From Eledone cirrhosa (Eukaryota), in assembly GCA_964016885.1 (NCBI GenBank), contig OZ024743.1:232810001-232874000 (forward strand): DNA of 64,000 bases. Direction: 5' to 3'. Positions 41,811 to 55,046 of the stretch are shown here, piece by piece (position 1 is the first letter of the stretch; every line of letters starts with the position of its first letter). The notes beneath the pieces were generated by a model. That model was not told where the DNA came from and made no database searches. It worked only from the letters and a program-made list of their open reading frames with translations. A program made the translations under genes and the position numbers.

Positions 41811-44090
41811 GACACAGCACACAGACACAGGGTAACAAGATAACACAAAACACACAGGAGACACAAAATGTAATAAAAATCGTTAATTTAACCTCTAAAG
41901 AATTAACAACAGACCAAATTAACATACTCTCCAAAGGTCTGAAATTTACATCAACTCCCCAACGACCAAACTACCCGAAATCGAGGAAGATATTGCAGAA
42001 TTCTGTAGAAAACTAAGACTCAGCGACAAATACAATGAGGATGACTCAAAAAATAGCCAGAAATAGAAGCAACTACACCCCACCAAAAAGCAAGAACAAA
42101 TTCCTCGATCAATTCTGCGAACACATTACTAATTACCCATACCACCACCTACACAGACATAATTAAAAACCAAACCTAAGCAAAAAAGAATGGAATTGTC
42201 TCAACAGTCTAAAGAACGACAAAACCCTAACAATCAAAGAGGTGGATAAAGGGAGTGCAATAATCCTTATGGGGACAGATTACTACACGACTCTAGTACT
42301 TTCAACTCTAGAAAACCAAACATATTACGAAAAGGCCCTCACTACACACAACATAAAATAATGAGAAACCTAAAATCCCTAACAACCCTTTACAAAGAAG
42401 GCCTTACCGACAAGGAATACAACTATATCACCAATTTGAAAAGCAGAACAAGCCTCTTCTACGGTATCCCAAAGACACACAGAAGCGAAGTAATAGGCAG
42501 AGCCTGCAAGCAAGCCACAGACATTTACATCAATATCACCCCCCTCCCCGCCTGATGACCTTAAATTAAGACCCATAATAGCAGGAACCACATATGAAAC
42601 CCACCACCTAAGCAACTTCCTAGATATTCTGCTTAAACCTTTCCTAAAACACATAAGAAGCTTCATAAGGGACGACCTTGACATGCTCAGCCACCTCCCA
42701 ATCAACACTTAATAATGAACATACCCTACTAGTAACCTTTGATGTCATCAATTTATATTCCAATATCCCACACAACCTAGGTATAGAGGCAATACAATTC
42801 TGGCTTGAAAATTTCCCTAGTGAACTTCCACAGCATATCCCTAAAGAATTTGTGTTGCAGGGACTCAAATTCATCTTGGAAAACAACTTCTTCGAATTCG
42901 ATGCCAAATACTACAGACAGAAATCTGGGACTGCCATGGGCACGAAAGTAGCCCCCTCATACGCCGCAAGGTTGTAGACAAATACGGTAACCACTTCTAC
43001 CTACACATAGAAAAGAACTGGAAGAGATATCTGGACGACTGCTTCATACTCTGGCATGAAAGTATAGAAAGACTGATTGAGTTTAAAACCCTTCTAAATG
43101 GACTCAACACAAACTTACAGTTTACAATGAATTACAGCCATGAACAACTCCCTTTCCTCGACATCCTTATCAAAAAAACAAACAACAAAATAGAAACAGG
43201 CATATACTACAAATCCAGAGACTCCAAACAATATCTTCCATTCAACTCGTGTCACCCTCGCCATACCAAAATGGCAATTCCTTATAACCTAGCCAGAAGG
43301 ATCTGCACAATAGTTTCAGATAAATACACATGCTACACACGATTAGAAGAATTAAAGAACACACTTATCAGCAGAAACTACCCACCATCCTTAATCAACA
43401 ATGGATTCCAACGTGCCCTAAAACTCAACATCCAGGAACTCAGACACCCCAAACCCAGGAATGATCCACAACAGAAAACTCTACCATACATCTCCACACA
43501 CAACCCTCTCATCAATGAGGCATTCGACATGATCCTCCAGAACATTCCTTTACTAAAGAGAGACACAAGAATGAACAAAATCCTCCAAACACACATCATA
43601 AAGAGCAAAAGACAACCTAAATCCATAAAAAACATCCTCACACAAGCCAAAATCCAACCAACTCTCACAATGAACCCTAAAGTAAAAAAATGCGGAAAGC
43701 CCAACTGTGGCATATGCTTAAATCCAATAGAAGGTTCAACATTCCATTTTAAACAACGACAACATTTCACAGTTAAACACAATTTTAAATGTGCATCTGA
43801 AAACCTAATCTATGTTTTGACCTGCTCAGGTTGTCAAGAGCACTACATAGGATAGACAAAAAACAGCCTCCGACAACGTATGACCGTCCATAGATCACAA
43901 ATCAAAATACAGGAATACAGAAAGATTGCTTTTAGTGAACATATCGCCAATTGTACACCTAACCAACATCCAAACTTTAAAATTTTCCCCATTTACAAAT
44001 TCATAGACAACGCTTCTTTCATCCAATAAGGAAACGTACTTCATTAACAAATTCCAACCTCTACTTAATGGACTAAACTTCGGACTAAAC
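41811..44090 (+). pseudogene. Neptune 1 reverse transcriptase + GIY-YIG endonuclease (multiple stops/frameshifts)
   Basis: IVNLTSKEL..LSKGLKF, FYGIPKTH, LRPIIAG, FDVINLYSNIP, GTAMGTKVAPSYA, KRYLDD, LPFLD, CGKPNCGIC and NLIYVLTCSGC..YIG. Confidence 0.9.
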
Positions 44091-44432
44091 TAAAACTGGA
44101 ACGAACAATGAACCGAAACCAAATCCCTATGTTCTCTAAAGAGTTACCTCCCTGACACCCTACCTAATCCTTTTTCTTATATAAATAAATTACCCCCTCT
44201 CATTTCTCTCTCCTCTACCTGACCACCCTGAATTGCCCTCCTGTATATTAACTCTCTAAAAAGGGAAATCGTTTCAAACCCCAGACTACCATTTGCCTCC
44301 ATCATGGATCAACTAAGCACTCTTGCCATAATAACACACTTTGAACTGCTTATCTTCAAGAACTATGCCTGTAAATAATATTATTTTTTCTTCCTAATAA
44401 TCGTCTTTTTCTCCCTATTTTCATATATATCA

Positions 44433-46560
44433 TAGGTCTAAAAAATGATTTTTCTGGAATGTTTTTTCAATGGTATTATTATATCTAATGGTATTTCCCC
44501 TGTTGTTATGTGGTCTTGTATAGAAGTTTCGGACGTATTGATGTTCGGTTTGTTGATAGTCCGGGTTGTAGATTTTGTTCCTTTGTGTGGGTTGGGATCT
44601 ACGGTTTGGGAACAGGCTCTGTGTGGGCAGGGGTCTACGGTTTTGGAATAGGTTTTGTGTGGGTTGTGATCTGCGGATCGGGTCCTGTCTTGTGTTGGGG
44701 GATCTTCGGTTTTTGTTAGTAGGGTTATAGTTTTGTCTATGGGTTCTGGGATTATCGTTATAGTTTTGCTGGGGGTATGTTGGACGTTTTGTTACTTTTT
44801 TTGTTATTTGTTGTGCATATTTGGTTACTTTTTTTTTATTTGTTGTGCATGTGGTGTGTGAGTTTTAGTTTGTTTTAACTGTATGTTTTTAATTTTTGAA
44901 GTCCATTTCGTAGTTGTTGAACCAGGTGGCATTTTTTCCCCATTGCTGGAGGGATGTTAGTTCTTCATCCTCACAGTTTTCTTTCCAAAGTTTTAAGGTT
45001 TTTTCGTAGAGTAGGCCTTCAGAGTGCTTTGAGATTTCTGTGTCCATCTGATGGTCGAGTGACTTGAATTTTTCTTCGTTGAAGTTAGCTCTTAATCGCA
45101 ACAGTTCTATTTCTATTTTAAATTTTTCCAACGCCATCTTTTCCCTAAGTGTTTGTTGGTTTTCTGATTCATTCGGGATGGGTTTTATTTGGAGTTTTTT
45201 GGGGAGGATGATTGGGGTAGAGTTTAGCCACTTTTCATATATGTCTGCCTTGCCATTATTATTTATGAGATTCCAAAAGGCGAATTTGCGGCTGTGAGCT
45301 TTTGAGTCCATATATTGATTAGGGTGTTTTTCACTGAGTGGACATCTCGTAGATTGGGTTCTAATGGTTGTTCTAGCTTTTGGAGCATTGCTGTTTCAAT
45401 GGTTTCGATTAGTTTAGTTAATGCTGGAGTAACATTCGTCTCTTGGATATTTTCTGTTTCTTCGTGGGGTCCTTTTTTATAGATGTGTATTTGGTCTACT
45501 TTGTTGGTCAAAATTGAGAGTTTAGAGGAAATCTCTTTGAGTTCATTTAAGATGTCCTGGTTCAGTGAGTTGTTGTTTTGTTGAACTTTGGTGGCATTTT
45601 CGGTCTTCGTGTGGTTGGTATGTATTAGAAAGTGAGGCTTTTTTTAACAAAATGAAAAATAACCGAGGTGTCCTACGTATAAAGAAAAAAAGATGAAATC
45701 GAAAATGCAACTGGAGACTTATTTAAAAAAATATATATATCTTTATTTGGTTCCTTTACCGGTTTCGCGAGTTCTTCTGCTTTTCAAAAGTAGAGTTCAG
45801 ATGGAGAGTCTGTGGTTTTTCTCACATCTGGTTGGTCTCTGAATGTTACTTGTTTTATATGGGAAAAGGTGGCTCGAAATGCCAGGTTTTTAGAGAAGTA
45901 ATTTGATTGGTTGGTCAATAATTATAATAAATTTCGCGCCAGTTCGCGTTACAAAGTTCTTCAAACAAGGAGGGGGGGACACAGGTTGTTTTTTCATGTA
46001 TGAGTGTTTGAATTTCTTTTTACTTAAAAAAAAGGGGTGGGGGCTCACGAAGGCTTTTTTTTAATTAACATAATTTGATTGGTTATAAATGAAATTATGG
46101 CTGTCACGTGAACAAGTTTTCATAACATTTTCGCGCCCTTATTTGGAAATCTATTCTGTAGCCTTTTTAGAGAATTTTATGACAAGCAAAAGATAATGGT
46201 CAAGAGAAATGGGATGGGAGAATTATTCTTGTTTAGTGAATATGGTTAGTTCGCTGGGGTGTCAGAATTCAGATTTTCTATTGAAGTAAAGAAAGTAAAG
46301 ATGTGTATGTTTATTTGCATGCTTGGGTGGGTGTGTGTGTGTGTGTGTGTGTGTGTGTATTGAAAGATGATTCTATTAGTAGAAATGGGGGAGGGAGTTG
46401 TGTGTGTATATGTGTGTTATGTGTGTGTGTGTGTGGGAGTATGTTAAGATGAAGAGAATATATATATTTTGTGTGTGTGTATATGTGTGTATATGTGAGT
46501 AGGAAAGTGATTCTATTAGTAGAAATGGGGGAGGGAGTACTGTTTAAACAGGCGGAGCAC
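44433..46560 (-). mobile_element. Neptune-type PLE 2, 5' part (pLTR + ORF1), inverted
   Basis: 45700-46540 is the reverse complement of the 50250-51455 pLTR. ORF pieces 45263-45597 and 44889-45311 are homologous to Neptune 1 ORF1. Confidence 0.8.
45754..45790 (-). ncRNA. Minimal hammerhead-like motif, family 8 (U3-A8)
   Basis: Minus strand reads CTT-TTGAAAA-GCAGAAGAACTCGC-GAAA-CCGG-TA-AAG. Confidence 0.5.
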
Positions 46561-46908
46561 TTAGCTTTGATAAGCACCAAAAAGTGCGAAACAGAGCTCT
46601 GTCAGCTTTACCTCCCCTGTTTGCTGAAAATTAAAGTAAGTGAGACTGTCACTACTCTAAAACAATAGCGTAAGGTTTTCGAAATGCTTTTAATTAACCA
46701 TACAGTGTATTGCAAAATACACTATATATACATTCATATATATATCGCTATTTCAGAGCACCAATTCTAATTTTATATATATATAAACAGCTATTATCAG
46801 CGACCTGATTTTGCGTGTGTGTCATTTTAACGGCTTGACCGCATGCGTTGGGCAGGAAGCGAAATATTTACTTACTGTAGGGCTTGCAACCTTATAGTGT
46901 GGAAATAG

Positions 46909-46989
46909 GCTGTCTGAAGATTCATTTCTTTCCATTGGAAATTCTCTGGATTTCCAATCTTTTGGAATGATGAAACCGTCGGTAACAGC
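46909..46989 (+). ncRNA. Type I hammerhead ribozyme, family 9
   Basis: GCTGT-CTGAAGA-TTCATTTC...GGAATGAT-GAAA-CCGTCGG-TA-ACAGC. Confidence 0.82.
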
Positions 46990-47377
46990 AATAGAACAGG
47001 TGATTATTTAAATCGTTTTTTAATTTATTTAGAGAATTTTTTGATAACCGCTTGCTCCGCTACTTTTTATATTGTTCTGGTATCTCGAATTAGTACCATT
47101 GAACCACAAATATTATAAGCAACTTGCATATTTCTATAAGTACATAGTACCTGTTGAAGTATTCATCCACTTTTATAATTTTTCTCCTTATGTAGAGAAC
47201 AAAACGTTGAATAATGCTGCTAATTTTAGTGACAATATCAACATGTTTATAATAAACAGCTATTATCAGCGATCTGATTTTGCGTGTGTGTCATTTTAAC
47301 GGCTTGACCGCATGCGTTGGGCAGGAAGCGAAATATTTACTTACTGTAGGGCTTGCAACCTTATAGTGTGGAAATAG

Positions 47378-47458
47378 GCTGTCTGAAGATTCATTTCTTT
47401 CCATTGGAAATACTCTGGATTTCCAATCTTTTGGAATGATGAAACCGTCGGTAACAGC
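47378..47458 (+). ncRNA. Type I hammerhead ribozyme, family 9
   Basis: Second copy, 469 bp downstream, with an intact core. Confidence 0.82.
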
Positions 47459-47638
47459 AATAGAACAGGTGATTATTTAAATCGTTTTTTTATTTATTTA
47501 GAGAATTTTTTGATAACCGCTTGCTCCGCTACTTTTTATACTGTTCTGGTATCTCGAATCAGTACCATTGACCCACAAATATTATAAACAACTTGCATAT
47601 TTCTACAAGTACATAGTACCTGTTGAAGTATTCATCCA

Positions 47639-47677
<39 letters not shown>

Positions 47678-47681
<4 letters not shown>

Positions 47682-49991
47682 CCACTTCCTCCTACAGGAC
47701 CCACGACACCCGGTGGCACAAGCCGATTTTGAAAAACCGAAAATAATCAACCTTTCAAATACAAACCTCTCAGCCCAACAAGTAAAAATTCTCTCCAAAG
47801 AACTGAAATTCACACCAACACAATAATACTCTAACGCCAATGAGATAAATAGATAAATGACGATATCTCACACTTCTGTAGAACATTACGTCTCACAGAG
47901 GAATTCTTTGACAAGGAGAATAACGACGAATCAATTGTACGGAATAAAAGCAGCTACAACCCAACAAAAGGTAGAAACAGAGTTCTGGACAAATTTTGTG
48001 ACCACATAGCTACTTTCCCATACCATGAACTACCGCAACCTAAACCCAAACCCAACACGAATCGAAGGGAATGGGAAATTACCCATGAACTAAAAAACAA
48101 TACGGACATTATAATTAAGGAAGCGGACAAGGGAAGTACTGTTGTCATTATGGAGGCTGAAAAATATAAAAATGTTATGTTCTCTCTCTTACAAAATACT
48201 AATTACTATGAAAGAATAAAAAACTACCAGCAATCAAAAACAATGACCAGATTAAACACACGGATTTATCGATACCAGGAAGACCTAACTAAAAAAGAAC
48301 GCGATTATTTAACACATTTTGAATACAAAACTAGCAACCTTTACGGACTTCCGAAGATCCACAAGTGTAAAATAATTAACGATGCCTGTAAACAATCCAC
48401 CCCAGCCCTCGTGAACACACAATACCCCACAGACCTTAAATTAAGACCAATTGTAGCGGGCCCACAATGTGAAACACACAGACTGAGCAACTTTATAGAC
48501 ATACTACTAAAACCAATTCTCAAACACATACCAAGCCTTGTAAGAGACGATCTGGACCTCTTAAACCAGCTCCCCAAACATGTCAACAACAACACTATTA
48601 TTGAGTCTTTCGATGTAGTGAATCTCTACACAACGATCCCACACAAATACGGACTAGAAGCAATAGGATTCTGGCTAGAGAAATATCCCAATGAGATACC
48701 TGGCAGAATAGAAAAAAGCTTCATCACCGAGGGATTAAATTTCATCTTACAGAAAAACTTTTTTTTATTTCGATGGTAGTACTTACAAGCAAATATCGGG
48801 GACTGCGATGGGTACAAAAGCCGCTCCAACTTATGCCAACTTAGTCATGGCATACTTAGAAGTCCAGATATATGAACAGTCCAAATCAAAATACGGATTG
48901 AACTTCCACAAATATTTATCAGAGAATTGGAAACGCTACTTGGATGATTGTCTCATTCTTTGATCCCACACACTCTACCAGCTGAAGGATTTCAAAAACT
49001 TAATAAACGGCATCAATAACCACATCCAATTCACAATGGAATAGAGCCAAGATCAACTACCATTTCTGGACATCTTAATCTTAAAAAAGACACAAATATT
49101 GAAACTGACATACACTACAAACCAACAGATTCCAAACAATACCTGCTATTCACCTCCAGCCATCCAAAGCACACGAAGACGAACATTCCTTTTAACCTAG
49201 CAAGAAGAATTTGCACAATTGTCTCCAATTATGAAACGCGAAATAAAAGACTTCAAGAATTAAAGGAAATTCTACTCGAAAGAGAGTACCCACTATTACT
49301 AATAATTAATGGAATAGAAAGGGCTAAAGCAATTGGCATTGATGAATTACGAAAACAGAAACAAATTCAAGGTACATCCAATATTCTATCATATATCTCA
49401 ACACACAACCCAAGAAATGCGGAAGCTTACAACACTATTCACAAGAACATCCCACTACTAAAACAAAACCCAGGAATGAAAAAATCCCTTGAAACACACA
49501 AAATAATCAAAAGCAAAAGACAACCGAAATCACTGAAAACATTACTCACCAATGCCAAATTACCTACCACAAACCCACAATCAAGTGTCAAAAAATGTGG
49601 TCGCTCTAATTGTGGGACCTGCACTCACCTCATTGAAGGCAACACGTATACATTTAAACCAGGACAAAATGTTACTGTAAAAAATCACTTCACTTGCTCA
49701 TCAAAAAATCTAATTTATGCCATTAAATGTAAAGGATGCAATGACGATTATATAGGACAAACTAAACTCACACTCAGAAACAGAATAACAGTTCATCGCC
49801 AACAATTACGAGATCCAACCACGAAACAGATACCACTAAGCGCACATCTAGACATATGCGCAAGTAATAAGACACCCAAATTCCAAGTCTTCCCATTTTA
49901 CCTTTGCACTAACAATACAACAGAACAAATACGAATAAATAAGGAAAATATGTTTATTCAAATATATAGACCAGCATTAAATATGGTTTAA
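47678..49991 (+). pseudogene. Neptune 2 reverse transcriptase + GIY-YIG endonuclease (disrupted)
   Basis: IINLSN..LSKELKFTPT, KEADKG, LYGLPKIHK, LRPIVAG, FDVVNLYTTIP, KRYLDD, CGRSNCGTC and NLIYAIKCKGC..YIGQT. Confidence 0.9.
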
Positions 49992-50741
49992 TATACATTA
50001 TGTCAACACCATAACATGCTACCCATCCAAACAGACACATAAACACGCACATAACACCTGCTACTTTAGAAAATAAAAAGCCGAACTAAATAAACCTTAA
50101 CATACGTTTGCGCTGACAATACAACAGAACAAAAACGAATAAGTAAGGAAAATATGTTCATTCAAATATATTCCTACTAAAGGAATCATTTTCCTACACA
50201 CACACACAAACACACACACACACACACACACAATATGTATATATATTCTCTTCATCTTAACATGCTAACCATGCTCCCACACACATAACACCCATACACA
50301 CACACACAACACCCTCCCTCATTTCTACTAATAGAATCACTTTCCTACACATATATATACATACACACACACACAAAATATATATATTCTCTCCATCTTA
50401 ACATACTCCCACACACACACACACACACACACAAGCACACAAATAAACATACACATCTTTACTTTCTTTACTTCAATAGAAAATCTGAATTCTGACACCC
50501 CAGCGAACTAACCATATTCACTGAACAAGAACAATTCTCCCATCCCATTTCTCTTGACCATTATCTTTTGCTTGTCATAAAATTCTCTAAAAAAGCTACA
50601 CAATAGATTTCCAAATAAGGTCGCGAAAATTTAATGATAACTTGTTCACGTGACAGCCATAATTTCATTTATAACCAATCATATTACGATTATTTAAAAA
50701 AAAAGCTTTCGTGAGCCCCTTTTTTAAGTAAAAAAAAATTC

Positions 50742-50830
<89 letters not shown>

Positions 50831-51361
50831 GCACACAAATAAACATACACATCTTTACTTTCTTTACTTCAATAGAAAATCTGAATTCTGACACCCCAGC
50901 GAACTAACCATATTCACTGAACAAGAACAATTCTGCCATCCCATTTCTCTTGACCATTATCTTTTGCTTGTCATAAACTTCTCTAAAAAGGCTACAGAAT
51001 AGATTTCCAAATAATGGCGCGAAAATGTTATGAAAACTTGTTCACGTGACAGCCATAATTTCATTTATAACCAATCAAATTATGTTAATTAAAAAAAAGC
51101 CTTCGTGAGCACCCCCTTTTTTTCAAGTAAAAAGAAATTCAAACACTCATATATGAAAAAACAACCTGTGTCCCCCCCCCCCTTGTTTGAAGAACTTTGT
51201 AACGCGAACTGGAGCGAAATTTATTATAATTATTGACCAACCAATCAAATTACTTCTCTAAAAACCTGGCATTTCGAGCCACTTTTTTCCATATAAAACA
51301 AGTAACATTCAAAGACCAACCAGATGTAAAGAAAAACCACAGACCCGCCATCTCAACTCTA

Positions 51362-51394
51362 CTTTTGAAAAGCAGAACTGCGAAACCGGTAAAG
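51362..51394 (+). ncRNA. Minimal hammerhead-like motif, family 8 (U3-A8)
   Basis: CTT-TTGAAAA-GCAGAACTGC-GAAA-CCGG-TA-AAG, with a palindromic stem III. Confidence 0.55.
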
Positions 51395-51470
51395 GAACCA
51401 AATAAATATTTATATTTTTTTAAATAAGACTCCAGTTACATTTTCGATTTCATCTATTTCACTCTCTCTC

Positions 51471-51564
<94 letters not shown>

Positions 51565-52195
51565 GAGAGAGTGAGAGAATGGAGAGACAAATACCATCCT
51601 TTCTGTCTAGGGTGCAATTGAAATCTAACTACTGTTTAACTGATTATTTCAAACACAAACAAACAAGGAGTCAGCACAAATAACCAATCTAATTTACATC
51701 ACCGTGCATTCGTTAGTAACCTGATTAAATAATCAATTATTCATTTTATGTACAATACCATACATACTAGATAATTTGACATTTTTGAAAGAGTTATACA
51801 AGCAGTTGTTTAATTTGCATAAGTAGAATTTAATAGTTTACAGTTATTTATATCAAAAACGTGCCTTGACTTAGCTGGAAAATTTAGTTTCATTTGCATA
51901 ACAGTGCACGAATTTTCGAGTAGAAATGAAACTAACCAGGTCAATGCCAATGTTTATTTACTCGCAGAGAAATATAACATATAGTTTTACATGGGTTAAC
52001 GTTTCGAGTCTGCTTTATAATTTTTAAATTGTAAGTATGTCACCTTAAAAAATATAGTCTATTATCCAATGCACCAAACTACAATTTCCATGGGTAGTGA
52101 CGAATGAGGAAAATAGATGCTACAATTCGTTCATTTCACACATCCGTATATGCGTTTTCCAGTGTGAATCTTCGTACGAATGTATATAAAAATAC

Positions 52196-52249
<54 letters not shown>

Positions 52250-52264
52250 TAACAGATTAAAGTA

Positions 52265-52315
52265 AGTTTAAGCAAAGAATCGCTGCTTTCACCCTTAACG
52301 GGATCTTCTGAAACT
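52265..52315 (-). ncRNA. Hammerhead ribozyme, family 6
   Basis: Reverse complement of 58113-58163. Confidence 0.6.
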
Positions 52316-53515
52316 AACAAAGTCAATCTGTAAACGCAGAACTGGATATTTCAAAAAACGTTGCAACCGGAGGAAGACAGGAAGACGATACTTTGGTTCG
52401 TGGAAACGTTCGCTGGCAAAGAACGGGAAAAAACGAATAATACGTCATTAATAGGAGCGGTGAAAAACAATTTCGCGCAAAGACAGAACCACGTTTATGG
52501 TATAAAGAGGTCGTAGACTAATGTTCACTTAGGTGGTGCATAGAGACGTTCTCTGGCAATGAACGAAAAAACGAAGATAATAAGTCATATGTGGATCGTG
52601 GAGAACAATAGGACGCAAAGACAAAACCACGTAAATGGTATAGCAGAAGTCGTAGACTAAAATTCTAACTAGGAGACCAAATGAATCTCCGCTACAGAGT
52701 TAAGAACAAAGTAAATAAATGCAATACAGAAGTAATAGAAATAAATAAATACATACACGCAAACAGATACGTACATACACAAGCATACGCAAAACCTTAC
52801 CATAGGTATACAAAACCACGCATATATAAATATGTGTGTGTGTGTATGCTTGTGTACAAATAAATAAATAATTATATAAACGTATATAAGTAAATAAATA
52901 CGTATATAACAAGCGCACACACATACCTACAAATAAATACACGAATGTTCGGAGACGTAAGTCAACTAAAACAAGAAGTACACATATACACATATACACA
53001 CACCCACCATACGTACGAACCTGCATACTCACGCAGACGCAAAACTCCCGTATACACATAGCCGAACCCTAAATACCAGAATATGTAAAAATGATACGCC
53101 ATAACAGTCAAATATACGTACGAGAAGGTATACATACCTTCACAAAACATACGGGTAATATATACTTACCAATGCAAATAAGTAAAGGAATAAACAAAAC
53201 ATATACTTAGCTCCCACATCAAGACGTAAAATATCCACGTATAGATCGTGCTATCCGTTAGGGTATAACGTGGGGCTGTAATACAGGAAAGTTTTGTGCA
53301 ATTTATGTTTACAAGCCGAAATTGCCTCAGATTTTTTGTTTAAGATGTGGTCTGTGGCGTAGAGTATTTCCAGGGCCTCAGTGGCGCAGAGGTCACATGG
53401 TCTTTTATTTCCGTTATACGATCTAGCCCTAGCTAGGATCTCCCAGTGTAACTTATATTTGGGTGTGGTTGTCTTTTAGACTCCAGATATAAGCTGAAAG
53501 TGACGTCATATTCCT

Positions 53516-54541
53516 TCATGGAGGGTAACGAAAAGAATGGGTATGCATGTAAAGACGCTGCTTGAAACTATTGGCGGTTAACCCTATGTAGGCCCTACGG
53601 GACGTGGGTGTTACAATCTTACATTTGGAGACAATGTTACTAGAGAGGCATTTCCCGGATAGGGGGCAATCAGCCCGATTCCTACAATTACAGTTAGTAC
53701 TAACTACAGGGTTGCACGTGTTCCTACGGCTAAGTAGTTTAGCTAAATTTGAAGCTGTGATGTTATGTGCAAGGTTAGGAGTCGTAGAGTAAGAAATGTT
53801 AATAGTATTTCTATTACAAATTTTACTATATTTATGTGTAGGGGGAAAATGCTTCGTAATAAGGGAAAGAAAGAACTTAGCTAATGGTGTGGCCACCTCC
53901 ATATTATATGGTGGGTTAAACCAACAAATGCGACGGGATCTATTTCTTCTAGGTCTATTTTCGTACTCTGTATATGCTACCTTATCGACAAATCCACTTC
54001 GAGCAAGAGCTTCATTGTAATAAGTGGAATGGTCGTTGAAAATGCGCTCGTTGGTGGAAAGACGGGAAAGCCTCAACGAAACGTTTTTTACCAGGTTCTT
54101 GGTTATGCTGGCAGGATGGTTGGAATGCTTACTTATGTAATTAAACGTATCATTCGGCTTTCTATACGGGAAATACAACCCATTCAATAAATTGAGGGTA
54201 ACGTCGAGGTAATTAACGACCGAGAGATTGGCCTCAACCTGTATAGAGAGGTTGAAGCCTTTAAAGAAGGCTGTGAGTTCTTTTCTGAACCTGTCGCAAG
54301 CACGAGGTCCGCACTTAGTCATGGTCAAAAGACCATCGTCACGGTACAAACCACCGCACGCGTTGTGGAATTCGTCCTTGATAGAGAAAAGAAGGAAAAG
54401 GCCAATAAGATCAGTAACCCGCGCAGAGTCACTGGCGCCCATATTCACGTCGAATTGGGTACTATTGGATTTTTTAATCCAAATAGAGTCGTCGAAATTA
54501 ATCACCGACTTTTGGGCATTAAGGATGACATCAACTTCGAA
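53516..54541 (-). pseudogene. Inverted truncated copy of the Naiad 1 RT-EN ORF
   Basis: ORF 53516..54598, from FEVDVILN onward, is near-identical to 55887-56912 (GLYRDDGL). Confidence 0.88.
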
Positions 54542-55046
54542 AGTGCTATTGTTCTCCACGCTCCACATATGACTTATTATCTTCGTTTTTTCGTTCATTG
54601 CCAGAGAACGTCTCTATGCACCACCTAAGTGAACATTAGTCTACGACCTCTTTTATACCATAAACGTGGTTCTGTCTTTACGCCTAATTGTTTTTCACCG
54701 CTCCTATTAATGACGTATTATTCGTTTTTTCCCGTTCTTTGCCAGCGAACGTTTCCACGAACCAAAGTATCGTCTTCCTGTCTTCCTCCGGTTGCAACGT
54801 TTTTTGAAATATCCAGTTCGGCGTTTACAGATTGACTTTGTTAGTTTCAGAAGATCCCGTTAAGGGTGCAAGCAGCGATTCTTTGCTTAAACTTTAATCT
54901 GTTATTTTAATAAATATTTGCTCTACAGTTCTTATATATTTGATATATATTTTCCTTATCGAGCCCTCTATGGATTTTAGTCTTCAATTTTATTATTATT
55001 ACTATTTGGCTCCTTCGGTTGAGCACTCTACTGACTTATATTCATC

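Larger units (their letters stand above)
36620..44425 (+). mobile_element. Neptune-type PLE 1: pLTR (36620-37228), interrupted by a Naiad insertion, then ORF1-RT-EN and 3' pLTR
   Basis: 44322-44425 repeats 36825-36895 plus 37195-37228. Coding remnants span 40255-44090. Confidence 0.75.
46783..47645 (+). mobile_element. Tandem 469-bp direct repeat (pLTR/retrozyme-like), one HHR per unit
   Basis: 46783-47251 and 47252-47645 are near-identical. No ORF. Ends in (TA)n. Confidence 0.8.
47678..51455 (+). mobile_element. Neptune-type PLE 2, RT-EN part + 3' UTR/pLTR (internal duplication 50405-50745 / 50800-51140)
   Basis: RT and EN motifs are present. (TA)n lies at both flanks. Confidence 0.85.
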
